Source: Raja brachyura (Eukaryota). Taken from it: a DNA stretch of 64,000 bases. The first letter of the stretch is position 1; the number at the start of each line of letters is the position of its first letter. The notes under the pieces are model-generated. The model made no database searches and was not told the origin of the DNA. It saw only the letters and a program-made list of their open reading frames with translations. Made by a program: the position numbers and the translations under genes. The DNA is taken from the NCBI GenBank assembly GCA_963514005.1, contig OY740798.1:22816001-22880000 (forward strand). The letters are read 5' to 3'. Below are positions 1 to 64,000 of the stretch, piece by piece.

Positions 1-1045
1 GGTCCCTTTCAGAATGGCAGGCAGTGACTAGTGGGGTACCGCAAGGCTCGGAGCTGGGACCGCAGCTATTTACACATTAATGATTTAGATGAAGGGATTA
101 AAAGTAACATTAGCAATTTTGTAGATGACACAAAGCTGGGTGGCAGTGTGAGTTGTGAGGAGGATGCTATGAGGATGCAGGGTGACTTGAATAGATTGGG
201 TCAGTGGGCAGATGCATGGCAGATGCAGTTTAATGTGGATAAATGTGAGGTTATTCACTTTGGTGGCAAGAACAGGAAAGCAGATTATTATCTGAATGGT
301 GTCAGGTTAGAAAAAGGGGAAGTACAATGAGATCTGGGTGTCCTGGTACATCAATCACCGATAGTAAACATGCAGGTACAGCAGGCAGTGAAGAAAGCTA
401 ATGGCATGTTGTCCTTCATAACAAGAGTATAGGAGCAAAGAGGTCCTTCTGCAGTTGTACAGGGCCTTGGTGAGACCACACCTGGAGTATTGTGTGCAGT
501 TTTGGTCTCTAAATTTGAGGAAGGACATTCCAACTATTGAGGGAGTGCAGCATAGGTTCATGAGGTTAATTCCCGGGAGGGCAGGACTGTCATATGTTGA
601 AAGAATGGAGCGACTGGGCTTGTATACACTGGAATTTAGAAGGATGAGAGGAAATCTTAGCGAAACATAAAATTATCAGACATTTTCTAAGGGTTGAATC
701 GGCCCGTTCACGGGGCGTTAAAATGAAGCTGCTGCATCGAGGCTCCGGATGTTTAAGTCCCCGCCAGCCGATGAAAGCTCCCGCAAACGGGCCTAGAGTG
801 TGTGTGTGGGTGCGTGTGCCAAGAAATTGTGTCCCCCTCCCCATGTTTTTATAGCGATTTCAGTGCCTGTGTGGATACATCCTTTTATATGATCAATGCC
901 CTGACCAAGCAAGCAGGGTAAGCAAACCATATAACGTGTATTTTGAGAGTGCTTATATGCAAAAATGTTCAGACATGATCATATTGAATGGTGGTGCTGG
1001 CTCGAAAGGCCCAATGGCCTATTCCTGCGCCTATTTTTCTATGTA
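1..1045 (+). mobile_element. CR1 (HER1-like) LINE 3' part, interrupted by an unrelated GC-rich insert at about 670-970
   Basis: RT C-terminal peptides SNFVDDTKLGG, WQMQFNVDKCEVIHFG and LVRPHLEYCVQFW. CR1 3' tail ...ccaatggcctattcctgcgcctatt at 1010-1045. Confidence 0.88.
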
Positions 1046-1325
1046 ACTCACAAGTGTCCAGATTAAACTCCATCAGCTATTTCTCTGCACAAATTTAAAA
1101 TTGACCCATATCCTGCTGTATCCGTTGACAACCTTCCTCACTATCATTCTCCACCAATTTTCTTGTATGCAAAATTATTAATCAGACCATCTACATTTTC
1201 ATTCAAATAATTAATAAATATTACAAACAGTTGGGTAGTTCTCTCAAAGAGCTGGCACAGGCAAAACAAATTACTTTTGTATTGCATCATTGCAATGATC
1301 ACCAAATCAGTACCAGAGAACCTCA
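1046..1325 (-). mobile_element. Old CR1 LINE fragment
   Basis: Degenerate FVIFINYLNENVDGLINNFAYKKIGG (RT ADDTK region). Confidence 0.65.
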
Positions 1326-2165
1326 AGGCTGTGTGCTCAGCCCCCTGCTCTACTCACGACTGTGAAGCCATGCACCATGCGAACTCCATCTTCAAGTTTG
1401 CCAATGGCACCACCGTTGTGGGATGAATTACAGATGATGAGTCGGTGTATAGAAGAAAGGAGATTATGAACCTTGTAACTAGGTGCCAAGACAAGAAACT
1501 CTTCCTCAATGTCAGCAAGACAAAGGAGATTGTGATTGACTTCAGAAAGCAAATCAGTGCACCCACACAGTATACATCAATGGCGCCGAAGTAGAGATGG
1601 CCGAAAGCTGCAAGTTCCTTAGAATAAATAACACTCGCAATTTGTCCTGGACCAGCCACATCGAATCTATGGCCAAGAAGGTACACCAATGCCTCGACTT
1701 CCTTAGAAGGCTTAGGAAACTCAGCATGTCAACAACCCTCACCAATTTCTGCAGATGCACCTTGGAAAGCATTTTATTGGGATGCATCACACCATGGTTT
1801 CGGAACAGTTCCATCCAAAACCGTAAAAAATTGCAGTTGTGGACGTAGACCAGATCATCATGCAAACCAACCTTCCTTCCATCGACTCCATTTGCAATTC
1901 ATGCCGCCTCCGCAAGGACGCCAGCATAACCCAGGGCCAGTCTCACCCTGGTCACTCACTTTATCCTCTCCCATCAGGCAAGAGGTACAGAAGTTTGGAC
2001 AGCTTATTCCCCCCAGTTATCAGGTAAGTAAAAGGTCATCCAATCAGATAGTTAAAGATAGTTCAAAGGTCTCCAATCAGACTTTCTCTTGTATTAAATA
2101 TTGTACCCTTTATCTATGGACTGTGGATGGCCTGATTCTATTCATGCATGATCTTTCCTTTGACT
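1326..2165 (+). mobile_element. Rex1/Babar-like non-LTR retrotransposon fragment
   Basis: Peptides LSWTSHI..AKKVHQCLDFLRRLRK..LTNFCRCTLESILLGCITPWF, frameshifted. Confidence 0.8.
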
Positions 2166-2339
2166 GGAGGCATAGCTGGGTCTGTCCTGTTTGTGGATTT
2201 TGGGAAGGAAATAATCCAAGGTATTTGTATGAGAGTTCTAAATCCTCAAGGGGCCCCAGCTAAATGATCAAGGGGCCCCAGCTAAGCATGCCTTTTTGTT
2301 AGTCAGTACAAGTGAGCACACAGACTATCGACTAATGAT

Positions 2340-2600
2340 AGTGCAAACCCACTGACTTCTCGTTATCAAGACATCTCAACCGACCCTGCTTCTTACAAAG
2401 ATTCTATCCCTTACTCTCAATTTCTCCGCCTGATGCGTGTTCCCAACATGAAGCTTTCCATTCTCGGACATCCGAGATGTCTTCTTTCTTTAGTAAATCT
2501 GGTTTCCCCCCCCCGCTGTTATAAATTGATATCTCACCCATGTCTCCTCTGTAAACTTTTGTACTGCTCTCACTCCCTCCAGACAGAACAAAGATATTCT
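2340..2600 (+). mobile_element. Penelope-like element RT C-terminal fragment
   Basis: Degenerate KPTD...KDSIPYSQFLRL...FHSRTSEMSSFF motif. Confidence 0.7.
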
Positions 2601-3274
2601 TTAGATCATGCATGCATCTTCCTTTCATCGTTTTTGTGCAGATTGCAGAAAGGTTCTTGGATGGTATGTTATAATTGTCTAACATATTATGAAATTGTTC
2701 CTCACAAATTCCTTCTTCATAGGTAATTATCAGACATTGCAACAGCATATTCTCAAATTTCAATTATGGTGTAAACTTTGTCATTTGAACCAGAGAATGT
2801 TATTTAGATCATTGTTGGGAATACAATAACGTAGTAAAAATCCCATCTGTTCTGCGTATAAAACAATGGAAATAAAATGGTTCCCGTTGCTGTCAGCTAA
2901 AAATCACAGCAGAGTCTACATTAAATCGCAAAGTTAAATTCTTCCCTGAAAGATGAAGGGGCAACATATTTGCCATGCTACTTTTCCCAACATTAGTCAA
3001 CTACTAAATATTAGTTCAGACAAAGGCAAAATACAACATTCTTTCTCAAGGCAACATCCAAACGACAATGTAAATAGTCACCAGGACTGGAACAAACATT
3101 TGATGGTTATGAATTCCACAACCAGTAGAAATTATTATTGTATCTATCAGATTTTGACACCAATTTGAAAATTAATCAAGTGACTTGATTATGATTTCTT
3201 AAATTTGTTCACACATCCTATTTAATAACAGATCAGCAGCAAGACCCAAACATTTGCATCAGGTTTTATATGAC

Positions 3275-5878
3275 TTTATTACAAGGCAGGAAAGAACAAT
3301 GAAGTTGCATTCAGTTAAGAAATTTTATTTTGAAAGCAAATCATTCATCATAAGCACTGCTCCAAATGGAACCATTTGTATCCAGAAATTGTCATTATCT
3401 TGATATATCATCTTTGGCCACACTGAGAAAGTCAAGTGCATACTCTTCAATCATATTTCCTTATGCTGTTAGGAAAGCTTTATTAAAAGATTTGATGCCA
3501 TACATAAACTGTGCAATGACGTTTTACAAAAATACACCTGATTTGGCATTAACATAAACATATCACACCACATCACTGCATTATAAAGTTAAAAGCATTC
3601 ATCACATTTTCTTTACAGTCATAAACAAAGTCAATACCTCAACATACAAGGTAAATTTTGATTGCTTATACTGCAATTCCACCAGTGCAATTACGCTATC
3701 TTACTAAAAAGGCAGGACCGAGCCAGTAAAGCTGAAGCATGACACAAAGGTAACATTGTTGTCTTTTGTCATTAACAGTGTAACTGCAGACAGAAATGTA
3801 TTTAGTGATACATGAAATACAGTACTAAAAATTTACATTTCAACTTTTGGTGGCATAGTTTAAGTTGGTAATAGCATTTCACACCGTATTTTAAGCAAGT
3901 AGGTTGTACAAAACTCTTTAAAAATAGGAATTAGAGCTTTACTGGACTGGCTTCTATCTGCATCTTGGTAAGATATTCGATTGGTACGAAGAATTAAAGC
4001 CCTAATCTGGTGACAAAGTTCAAACATGTACAAAATATATGTACATATTAGCTTTATATTTGCATTAACTTCATTCATAATATTTTGCTCTGGATAATTA
4101 AATGAATAGCTTCAATGCTCATAAGATAAACGTTAATTTGTAAACTTTCCCATTCCAATCAATCTTGCCTTTGGTCTTAATTTCAGAGTTCAAACTACTT
4201 GCACATCATATTGTACAAGACAAAGGAAATGGCTCAGGTGTTAGCTTACTTGCCTTCATGTGGGCACATCAATTGAATTACAGACAATAATAGAATACTA
4301 AGTTACTGATAAATAGTAGTTACTCTTACTTGACCTCAGGTACAGCAAACTGACAACAGCAGAACTTGAAATTCACAATCTAGTTGGCTTGGAAACTAAA
4401 AAGTGTTGATGAAACTGCAAAAGATATCATCTCAATAGATGATAGAAAGCAACATCAGGGTTGGAAATTCAACTCTGGCAAGACTGCAGACCAGCTGCCC
4501 TTTACAAAATCCTGCCTGTTCATCCTTAATGGATTCTTGTCAATGCTGAACTTCAAAGACAGTCAATTTAATTTAGTGATTCGGTTGCAATTAATACAAG
4601 ATTCAAACATTCAACTCATTCAAAAAAATTGAAGATATAATATCATATTATGTTTATTCACATTATTATTGAATATAAAGGAACAGTAAAGATTGAACAT
4701 ATTCCTCCAAAAATAGTCTTCACAATGTAATGACGTCAGAATGAAAGAAAAATCAAAACTGCTACAATTTGATATCGTAAACTATAGTTTAAAAAAAACT
4801 ATAACAACTCAACATATTAGAAACTGGTCCCATATCAGAGATCAAACTCAATCCACTACACCCTTCTATATGGGATTCCATAATACCCTCCCTCCACATC
4901 CCCTAATCCCAATACTCGAGATTATAATAAATGTAGGTACAGATGTACCACCCAAGAACTAGACTTATCCAAGTATGTTTAGGACTACTTCTAGCGTTCA
5001 AATGACTGAACAATATGAATACCAGCAAAGAACACTGCAAAGGCATCCTGGTTCATTAGCAGCTTGGACCATCTTATTGCAAGATTATCTGAAGATGACT
5101 GGGAAGATTCAAGGACACGATGAAAGAACAATCTCACTAGGTTGTTAAACTATGCTTGCTATTCATTCATTAATAGGGTTAAGGTACTTTTGCCCTGTGT
5201 GGCTCAGGTATCAGTCAGATTACTGAAAGCATCTAGTTCTATTCCTCCGTTCGACAAGTGTGTTATCATTAACAAAGCAAAATGATACTATGTTGTATAT
5301 ACAAATTTAACTTAAGTAGCTTTAGTTTCCCAATTATTATGAGATAAAATGATTAAACTGTTTCAATCTATATTTATAGGTAAGTGCTTCAGCAAATAAA
5401 TCAACTTGTTGCTCATTTGTGATATCACTAAACCAAAACATATTTTTACTAAAAAACAGAAGAGTAATGTAAAAAAGCTTTCGTAAAATACATGTCAGAT
5501 TTTCCAGATGGAAGAATATTTTGATGTACACTATCCAATATTTTGTTCATTGAATATCTAACAAATAAAGTTACTCCAGTTGAAGGATTCGTTATTTCGT
5601 ACTGGTTTAACATTATATTACTGTGCTTTTTGAAATTCTATTTATAAAGCAGCTCTAAAAAAAGTAAACGTAACATTTTGCATTCCATAAATTTGATTTT
5701 TCTTTTAAACTCTACAAATCCATATTCTAAACTTCTACCCACATGAATCAAATCCCCACACAGTCAGATCTCTGCTGGACCTTGTTGTGGCTTTCCATAA
5801 TTGGCCATGACAGTGTTAAATTACTCTTCTGCCTTTGTCTTTACTTCATACCACTGGTTCATCCCATAGGCTTTGTAA
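3275..5878 (-). other. Probable CHKA 3'UTR with clustered polyadenylation signals
   Basis: AT-rich stretch below the stop codon with no TE recognised. Minus-strand AATAAA at 3275-3280, 3324-3329, 3479-3484 and 4653-4658. The actual cleavage site cannot be determined. Confidence 0.55.
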
Positions 5879-57883
<52,005 letters not shown>

Positions 57884-58400
57884 TTCTACCGATCAGGTTT
57901 CGGAAAAAGAACAAAAGTGCGTTTGTGAAAGGACGGGGGAAAACCTAACGGAAATAAATTCCTCTCGCTCCTACTCGTGCAATGTCAAAAAACTCAAGAG
58001 TTTAAAGACAAAAAAAAGAGAAAAATAGCGAACCTTATTTAAGTAACCCACACCTAGCAAAGCAATTATTGCTCTGGAAGAGGAGAATAAAAAAATGTCT
58101 CAGTTGATTTTCAATTATATGCCGAAAAGTGCAGTTTTACGGTGTATGCAAAATCTACGGCTCCTGAAAGAATCAGTACTTTTGTTCACTAATTACTGCA
58201 AATGCGAGTGAGATTACTGTTCTCTCGGAGTGCAGACAACTGTATGCGCAGCCCGCCGAGAGACTCAGAACAAAACGAGCTCGTCACGTCTTTGGAACAA
58301 AAGTCATAAAGAACATGATTGGAAATTCAGTTCGCCCCGCCCTCACAACAGCCAATGGATGAAAGCCTTTCATTTTAATCGACGCCCTCACCTCAGCAGA
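57884..58400 (-). promoter_or_regulatory. CHKA 5'UTR and proximal promoter
   Basis: Local CpG enrichment. GC box gccccgccc at 58334-58342, CCAAT boxes in both orientations (58318-58322, 58352-58356), CRE/HRE-like gtcacgtc at 58283-58290, NRF1-like tgcgca at 58245-58250. No minus-strand ATG between 57884 and 58304. Confidence 0.65.
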
Positions 58401-58709
58401 CCGGTGTGATCAGGATTCGTCCATTGCTTTTGTTATATTCACTTATTATTCTTTGTTCGATTCTTCTGTCAGTCACTTTTTATTAAATGAAAAAAGCTGT
58501 TCCGAGATGCACCTACTTGAGTGCCCCGTCCCGACTTAAAGACTAAACACTTGAATTTAGACGTGTGGGGTTTTCCTGACCAAAAAAAAACCCCACAAAA
58601 CTGAAAATTTGGAAGAATAAAACATCAGATCGGTAAGCATTTGTGCAGGGAAAGGGAAATTTTATGACGCAAGCTAGTGTGGAATTTTGATAAAATGAGA
58701 ATAAAACAA

Positions 58710-59400
58710 CATCAGATGTTGGAAATTTGAAATAAAAACAGTGAGTGCTGAACATGAAGTTGTTAGGAGGCATCTGAGGAAAGAGAAACAAAGTTAATAT
58801 TTCACCTCGAAGACTTTGTCAGAACCCAGAAAGAACAATATAGTTTTGTGTTGCAGGGAATATGTGGAAAATAATGAAAGGAGTATCTTTGACAGAATGA
58901 GGTCAGGGTTACGTGGGGATACGTTGTACTGGTCATCTGGTTAATGGGAGCAGTTCGAGGGAGAGAGGAAAAAAAGAACAAAAGCAAAGAAATGGGAACA
59001 GTCAGAAAGTGAGAATCAGAACAAAGGAATACAAAACGTTGCAAAATGCAGCACTCGAGGAGTGACATACCCAGCAATTCAGCCTATGATAATAGGGAAC
59101 AAAAACAGCCATTGTCACAGATGGATGGTTTACAGCAGAATGACCAGTTCCATTGCAAAGAGAGAAGCCAAGTTTGCTGAAGTCAATGATTTTGATGTCG
59201 ATTCTGGAAGATTGCAGCCTGCCAAGTCAGAAGATGAGGTGCTGTCCCTCAAGCATATGATGGACCTCGCGTAACAGTGCAGGAGGCCACAGACAGATAG
59301 GTCGGAACTCAGAGGAGTCAGATGGAGAGTTAAAGAGGCAAACAAAATAAATCTCTGAATTACCCCTAAGGTCTGTACACAGGTGATCTGCAAAACACCC
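58710..59400 (-). mobile_element. Old Penelope-like 3' region
   Basis: Terminal motif at 58710-58830 and a degenerate DLSVCGLLHC...LAGCNL peptide. Confidence 0.6.
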
Positions 59401-59429
59401 AATTTACTATAATAATGATGAGTCAGAGT

Positions 59430-60110
59430 ATTGGAGGGAGAATGATCATCTGACAGTTTGTTGGTTTTAGAAGAGGAAGGCTGAGGTTTGACAAACTTGT
59501 CTTCATCAATGGGTTGGTAGTGGAGAGAATCGTAAACCCCAAGTTCCAGGCTGTGCATATCTCTGAAGATTTGTCCTGAACCCAGTACATTGATGCAATC
59601 ATTTAAAAAACCCATCAATGCCTCTTGTTCCTCAGAAGATTGAGGAAATTTGATATGCCACAAATTCTCCTTTGAACTTCTACAGGCGTACGGTAGAAAG
59701 CATATTGACTGGTTGCATATGGTCTAGTTCGGCAACTCGAACGTCCAGGTAAGAAGGAGACTACAAAAAGTGGTGAACATTGCCAAATTCAACATGGATA
59801 TTGACCTCCCTGTTCTCAAAAGGTTCTACATGAGGCACTGTCTCTAAAAGGCAACCAGCATCCTCAAGAACCCACACCACCCTGACCATGCTATAATTTT
59901 ACTCCTGCCATCAGGAAGAGAGCACAGGTGTTTGAAAACTGTAACATCCAGGTTCAGGAGCAGCTACTTCCCATCAACCATCGGGTTATTGAACACTACG
60001 TACTGAAACTAAACTCCAAACTACGATCTGCCTTGATTGCACTGGGAACTTGGGGCTTTTTCTTGTGTCTTTGCACTATATTGTCTTTTTATATATATAT
60101 ATTGAACATT
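59430..60110 (+). mobile_element. Old Rex1-like LINE 3' portion
   Basis: Degenerate HQCL.FLRRLRKF...NFYRRTVESILTGC and HP.H....LLPSGR motifs. Confidence 0.7.
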
Positions 60111-60114
60111 TTTT

Positions 60115-61040
60115 GTTTATATTATAAAACTCTGATCTTGGATGTTTACTTGTGGGTTTGCTTGCTTGCTTGAACTTTTTCTTTGATTCACATCTCCTCG
60201 AAAACCCAACGCGGTAACGGTGAAATTTATACATATTGTGGTAGAGATTTACCTCATGATCTCAAAAATCCCATAAACCGAAAATTTGATTTATTATTTC
60301 CCGAGTTTTTTTTTTACAAGTTCTACAACATGTCGGTGGCGATCGTTAACACAGCGCGGGCACGGACAAGCGCCGTGGAAAAGTGGCTGTGGCATCGTCA
60401 CAGGGGATGACTTCCTCTCCGTCTCCACCGCCCAATTGTCTGTCACGCTGGTGGATGGGCTTACCCTTGCGGAAGCCACGATCGGCCGGCCCTCCGCTGC
60501 TTTTCAGGGTCCTCAGATTGCTCTGGTCCACGCTGGCTGCAGCCTTGCTCGGGAGGATTCTGCTCTACGACCTGGGTAGGAGCTGCCTCAACCCCCTCCC
60601 CCTCCCTCTCTACCCACTCCCCGGGGCAGAGAAAGAGAGAGAGGGGGGGGAAGAGGGGGAGGGAGGGGAGGAGGGGAGGGGGTGGAGGGGAAAATGGAGA
60701 GGGAGGAGGGGGCCCTCCCTCTCCATCCCCCTTCCTCTCTGCCCCTCCACTCTCTCTCTGCCCCCCTCCCTCTCTAGGGAGTGGTGAATATTGGGACCTC
60801 TGGGTGAGTGGTGGAGTATTGCGTTCTGGAACCAGCCCTCCCCTGTGATGCCGTGCCCCCCCCCACCCCTCAATCTATACCCCCCTCCTTCTCCCTCTCT
60901 ACCCCCACCCCCTCTCTAGCCGCGTCTGCGCAGTTGGGGCTTATGCGTGAGTGGATAGGGTGGGGAATGGGGTAAAAGGAGCGAATGAATAATATTAATA
61001 TAATAACAAGGGGGGGTTAGTGTGTGTGGGGAGTGGTAGG
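60115..61040 (+). mobile_element. Helitron-like non-autonomous element lacking its 3' end
   Basis: Start tatattataaaactctgatcttg resembles the 5' end of the Helitron at 31365-32281, and it shares the gtgga.tattgc motif. No hairpin-CTAG end was found. Confidence 0.55.
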
Positions 61041-61114
61041 ACAATAAACCACTCTTGACTAATTTTGCTCTTAATTACATGCCTTTTGTATAGCTTAGAG
61101 TTCTCCGTCGCAGC

Positions 61115-62010
61115 TTCACTATGTTGTCACATAACGTGAGAATGCTGTTCATCGACTTTATATCAGCATTCAACACCATTATCCCCTCCAAACTGATCAC
61201 TAAACTCAACAACCTGGGCATCAACCCCTCCCTCTGCAACTGGATATTGGACTTTCTAACCAACAGACCCCAGTCTGTCAGGTTGGACAACGACACCTCC
61301 TCAACTCTCACCCTGAACACTGGCGTTCCACAGGGCTGTGTGCTGAGCCCTCTGCTCTACTCCCTCTTCACCTACAACTGCACACCTGTACGTGGTACTA
61401 ACACCATTATCAAGTATGCAGATGATTCAACGGTGATTGGCCTCATCAGCGACAACGATGAGTCAGCCTATAGGGAGGAGGTCCAGCTCCTAGGAGCGTG
61501 GTGAGCTGACAACAACCTGGCCCTTCACACCAAGAAGACCAAGGAGCTCATTGTGGATTACAGAAGGTCTGGGCTGGCACGCAAACTCCCATCCATATTA
61601 ACGGGACGGAGGTGGAGCGTGTTTCCAGCTTCAGGTTTCTGGGGGTCAACATCTCTGATGACCTCTCTTGGACGCACAATACATCAACACTGATTAAGAA
61701 AGCTCACCAGCGTCTCTTCTTGCTGAGGAGACTAAAGAAGGTCCATCTGTCTCCTCAGATTCTGGTGAACTTCTACCGCTGCACCATCGAGAGCATCCTT
61801 ACTAACTGTATCACAGTATGGTATGGCAACTGCTCTGTCTCCGACCGAAAAGCACTGCAGAGGGTGGTGAAAACTGCCCAACGCATCACCGGTTCCTCAC
61901 TCCCCTCCATTGAGTCTGTCCAGAGCAGGCGATGTCTGCGAAGGGCGCGCAGCATCATCAAGGACTGCTCTCACCCCAACCACAGATTGTTTACCCTCCT
62001 CCCATCTCTG
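61115..62010 (+). mobile_element. Relatively young Rex1/Babar-like LINE, RT fragment
   Basis: [37 protein letters not shown] and HQRLFLLRRLKK. One stop at 61502-61504 and a frameshift near 61575. Confidence 0.92.
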
Positions 62011-62289
62011 TTCCCGGATATATACTTAACTCTACGCCTTGGTGATTGCCAGCCACCCCCCAGGACACTCCTTCCCCCAGTGACTGATCTCCCTCCCCGA
62101 AAATTGCAGTACTGCTACTGTATATACCTGGAGAAAAAGTTGGGAATTTGTCTCCACAGAATTGTGCACTTATACGAAAGCTATCACGGACAGATGTATC
62201 TGCTACAGATAAATTGGTGAGGAAGAATTCATGTTGATATATTGGTTCACTCATTACTTGCTGCAGACCGAGCAATGTCCTTCAGCACT

Positions 62290-62870
62290 CAGCCATTAAT
62301 GTTGAGGCTTTATAAGGTGTTGGTTTGACCAAATTTGGGATATTGTGAGCAGTTTTGAGCCCCCTATCTGAGGAAGAATTTGCTCATCCAGAGGAAGTTT
62401 ATGAGAATAATAATGGGATCATTGAGTTAATTTATGAGGACCGTTCAATGACTCTGGGCCTGTACTTACTGGAGTTTAGAAGGATCAAGGGGATCTCATT
62501 GGAACTTACTGAATAACGAACAACCTAGATGGAGCAGATGTGGAGAGGCTGTTTCCTTTAGTGGGAAAGTCTAGGACCAGAGGGCACAGCCTTCAATTAA
62601 AAAACATACCTTTAGAATGGAGATGGGGAGTAATTTCTTTAGCCAGAGGGCAGTGAATCTGTGGAATCCATTTCCACAGACGGCTGTAGTGACCAAGTCA
62701 TTGGGTGTTTTTAAAGTACAGATTGATAGGTTCTTTATTAGGGAGCCAAAGGTTATGGGGTGAAGGCAGGAGAATGGGGTCAAGAGGGAAAATAAAAATC
62801 AGCCACCAATGAAAGGCGGAGCACTCAATGCGCCAAATGGCGTAATTCTGCACCTATGTCCTATGATCTA
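62290..62870 (+). mobile_element. CR1 LINE 3' portion
   Basis: tctaggaccagagggcacagcc (SRTRGHS) and tail ccaaatggcgtaattctgcacctatgtcctatg. Confidence 0.8.
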
Positions 62871-63323
62871 CTTTAAAGTAATTTTAATTGTGATCTTTAC
62901 CCGAATAAGTAACGTATTTTTAAAAGTTAATAGTTACTGTATCATAAAATATTAATTTACTGAAAAATAATAATTTTACAACAATACTTTTAATACAGAA
63001 AATAATAAAATACACAACGTTGCTATTGCTTAGAAACTGATCAGAGGCCTGGTTTAAACATTGTTTTCTTATGGAGCTCCCCCAATTTCTGCACATTAAT
63101 ATGACTGATCTTGAATTCTCAGAATTACTGAACCCCCAAGAGTATATGGTTGCTTGACGTAGTCAACAACGTTATTATTTTGGGTAGCTTCAATTATTTT
63201 CCATCCCGTCCTATGCACCTGTGGGTTATTAGTTTCTACTGATATAATATAAAGTGTGCTAAATAATACATAGAAAACACAGAGACTTCCAGAATTTATT
63301 TTTATTTTTATTTCTAACTTTCC

Positions 63324-63450
63324 CAGTTCTGATGAAACATCTTTGCCCTGAAATGTTAACTCTGTTTCTCTTTCCACTGATGCTGCCTGACCTGATGAGT
63401 GTTTCCAGCATTTTCTGTTTTTGTTTCAGAATTCCAACACGTACAGTTTT
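63324..63450 (+). mobile_element. Penelope-like terminal fragment with hammerhead-ribozyme relic
   Basis: AGTT-CTGATGA-n14-GAAA-T-GTT-AACT followed by gatgctgcctgacctgatgagtgtttccagca. Confidence 0.7.
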
Positions 63451-64000
63451 TAAAATCTCCAGTAGATGTACGTGGTTTATTCAAGATTCGTATCAGACTG
63501 TGAACATTCACTCAAGGAGATGCTCGTGAGCAAATATATAATAAATCAAATTGCATTTATTTACATTTGATGCATTGATGAGCAAGCACCGTGAGCAAGG
63601 ATGTACCATTGGAGATGTAGGAAAGATCCCATGGAGATTTCAGAGTAATAGTGAAATGGGTGAAGAGAAGCCTTAGGAATATATAATCTCACCAAGAGAT
63701 TGAGCCACGCTGGATGATTCAGCAATGGAGTTTCTGCCCCGTCTCATACAATATTTATTCCTGAGGCTTCACAGACAGGATTTGGCAGCTACTGTAACAC
63801 TAATTAAACTTCCTGTGTGGTGGTTAATTTGACAAAAATTTTCTCAGCATTATCTGAGCTGGGTTTGATTTTTAAGATATTAATTTGCAGGCCCCTTAAA
63901 TTTGAAGAAATTGTTTTGTCATCCATTGAATTGGCTGTTCTCCCAAATCTGTTAAGGAAGTTAATGTTTTGTTATTCTAATCGTTTCCAAATTCCAAAGT

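Noticed and set aside
2248-2285. Tandem duplication of tcaaggggccccagctaa
   Set aside because: Simple local duplication with no functional signal.
62870-64000. Possible 3' end of a neighbouring gene
   Set aside because: No coding exon or diagnostic sequence recognised; synteny expectations cannot be tested from this window.

Overview
This is vertebrate genomic DNA, AT-rich and repeat-dense. The repeat complement (CR1/HER1-like LINEs, V-SINE/HE1-like SINEs, Penelope-like relics, Rex1-like LINEs) points to a cartilaginous fish, probably a skate or ray (inference). The window holds one complete protein-coding gene on the minus strand, choline kinase alpha (CHKA). Twelve coding exons run from ATG at 57883 to TGA at 5879 and splice to 1245 nt (414 aa, or 395 aa without the 57-nt alpha2-type exon 3). 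The Brenner and choline-kinase motifs are intact, one intron is GC-AG, the promoter lies near 58.2-58.4 kb, and the 3'UTR is probably about 2.5 kb. The rest is introns and flanks filled with transposon relics: CR1, Rex1, L1, Penelope-like elements with decayed hammerhead ribozymes, two Harbinger MITEs, Helitrons and a hAT-like element with a 6-bp TSD. The most interesting unexplained signals are: a candidate 21-nt in-frame micro-exon whose 5' splice site sits in the loop of a perfect hairpin; several candidate stop-containing (poison) cassette exons around exon 3; and several long inverted repeats. All were read by eye. No novel multi-gene system is supported, and most ORFs in the supplied track are spurious or TE fragments.
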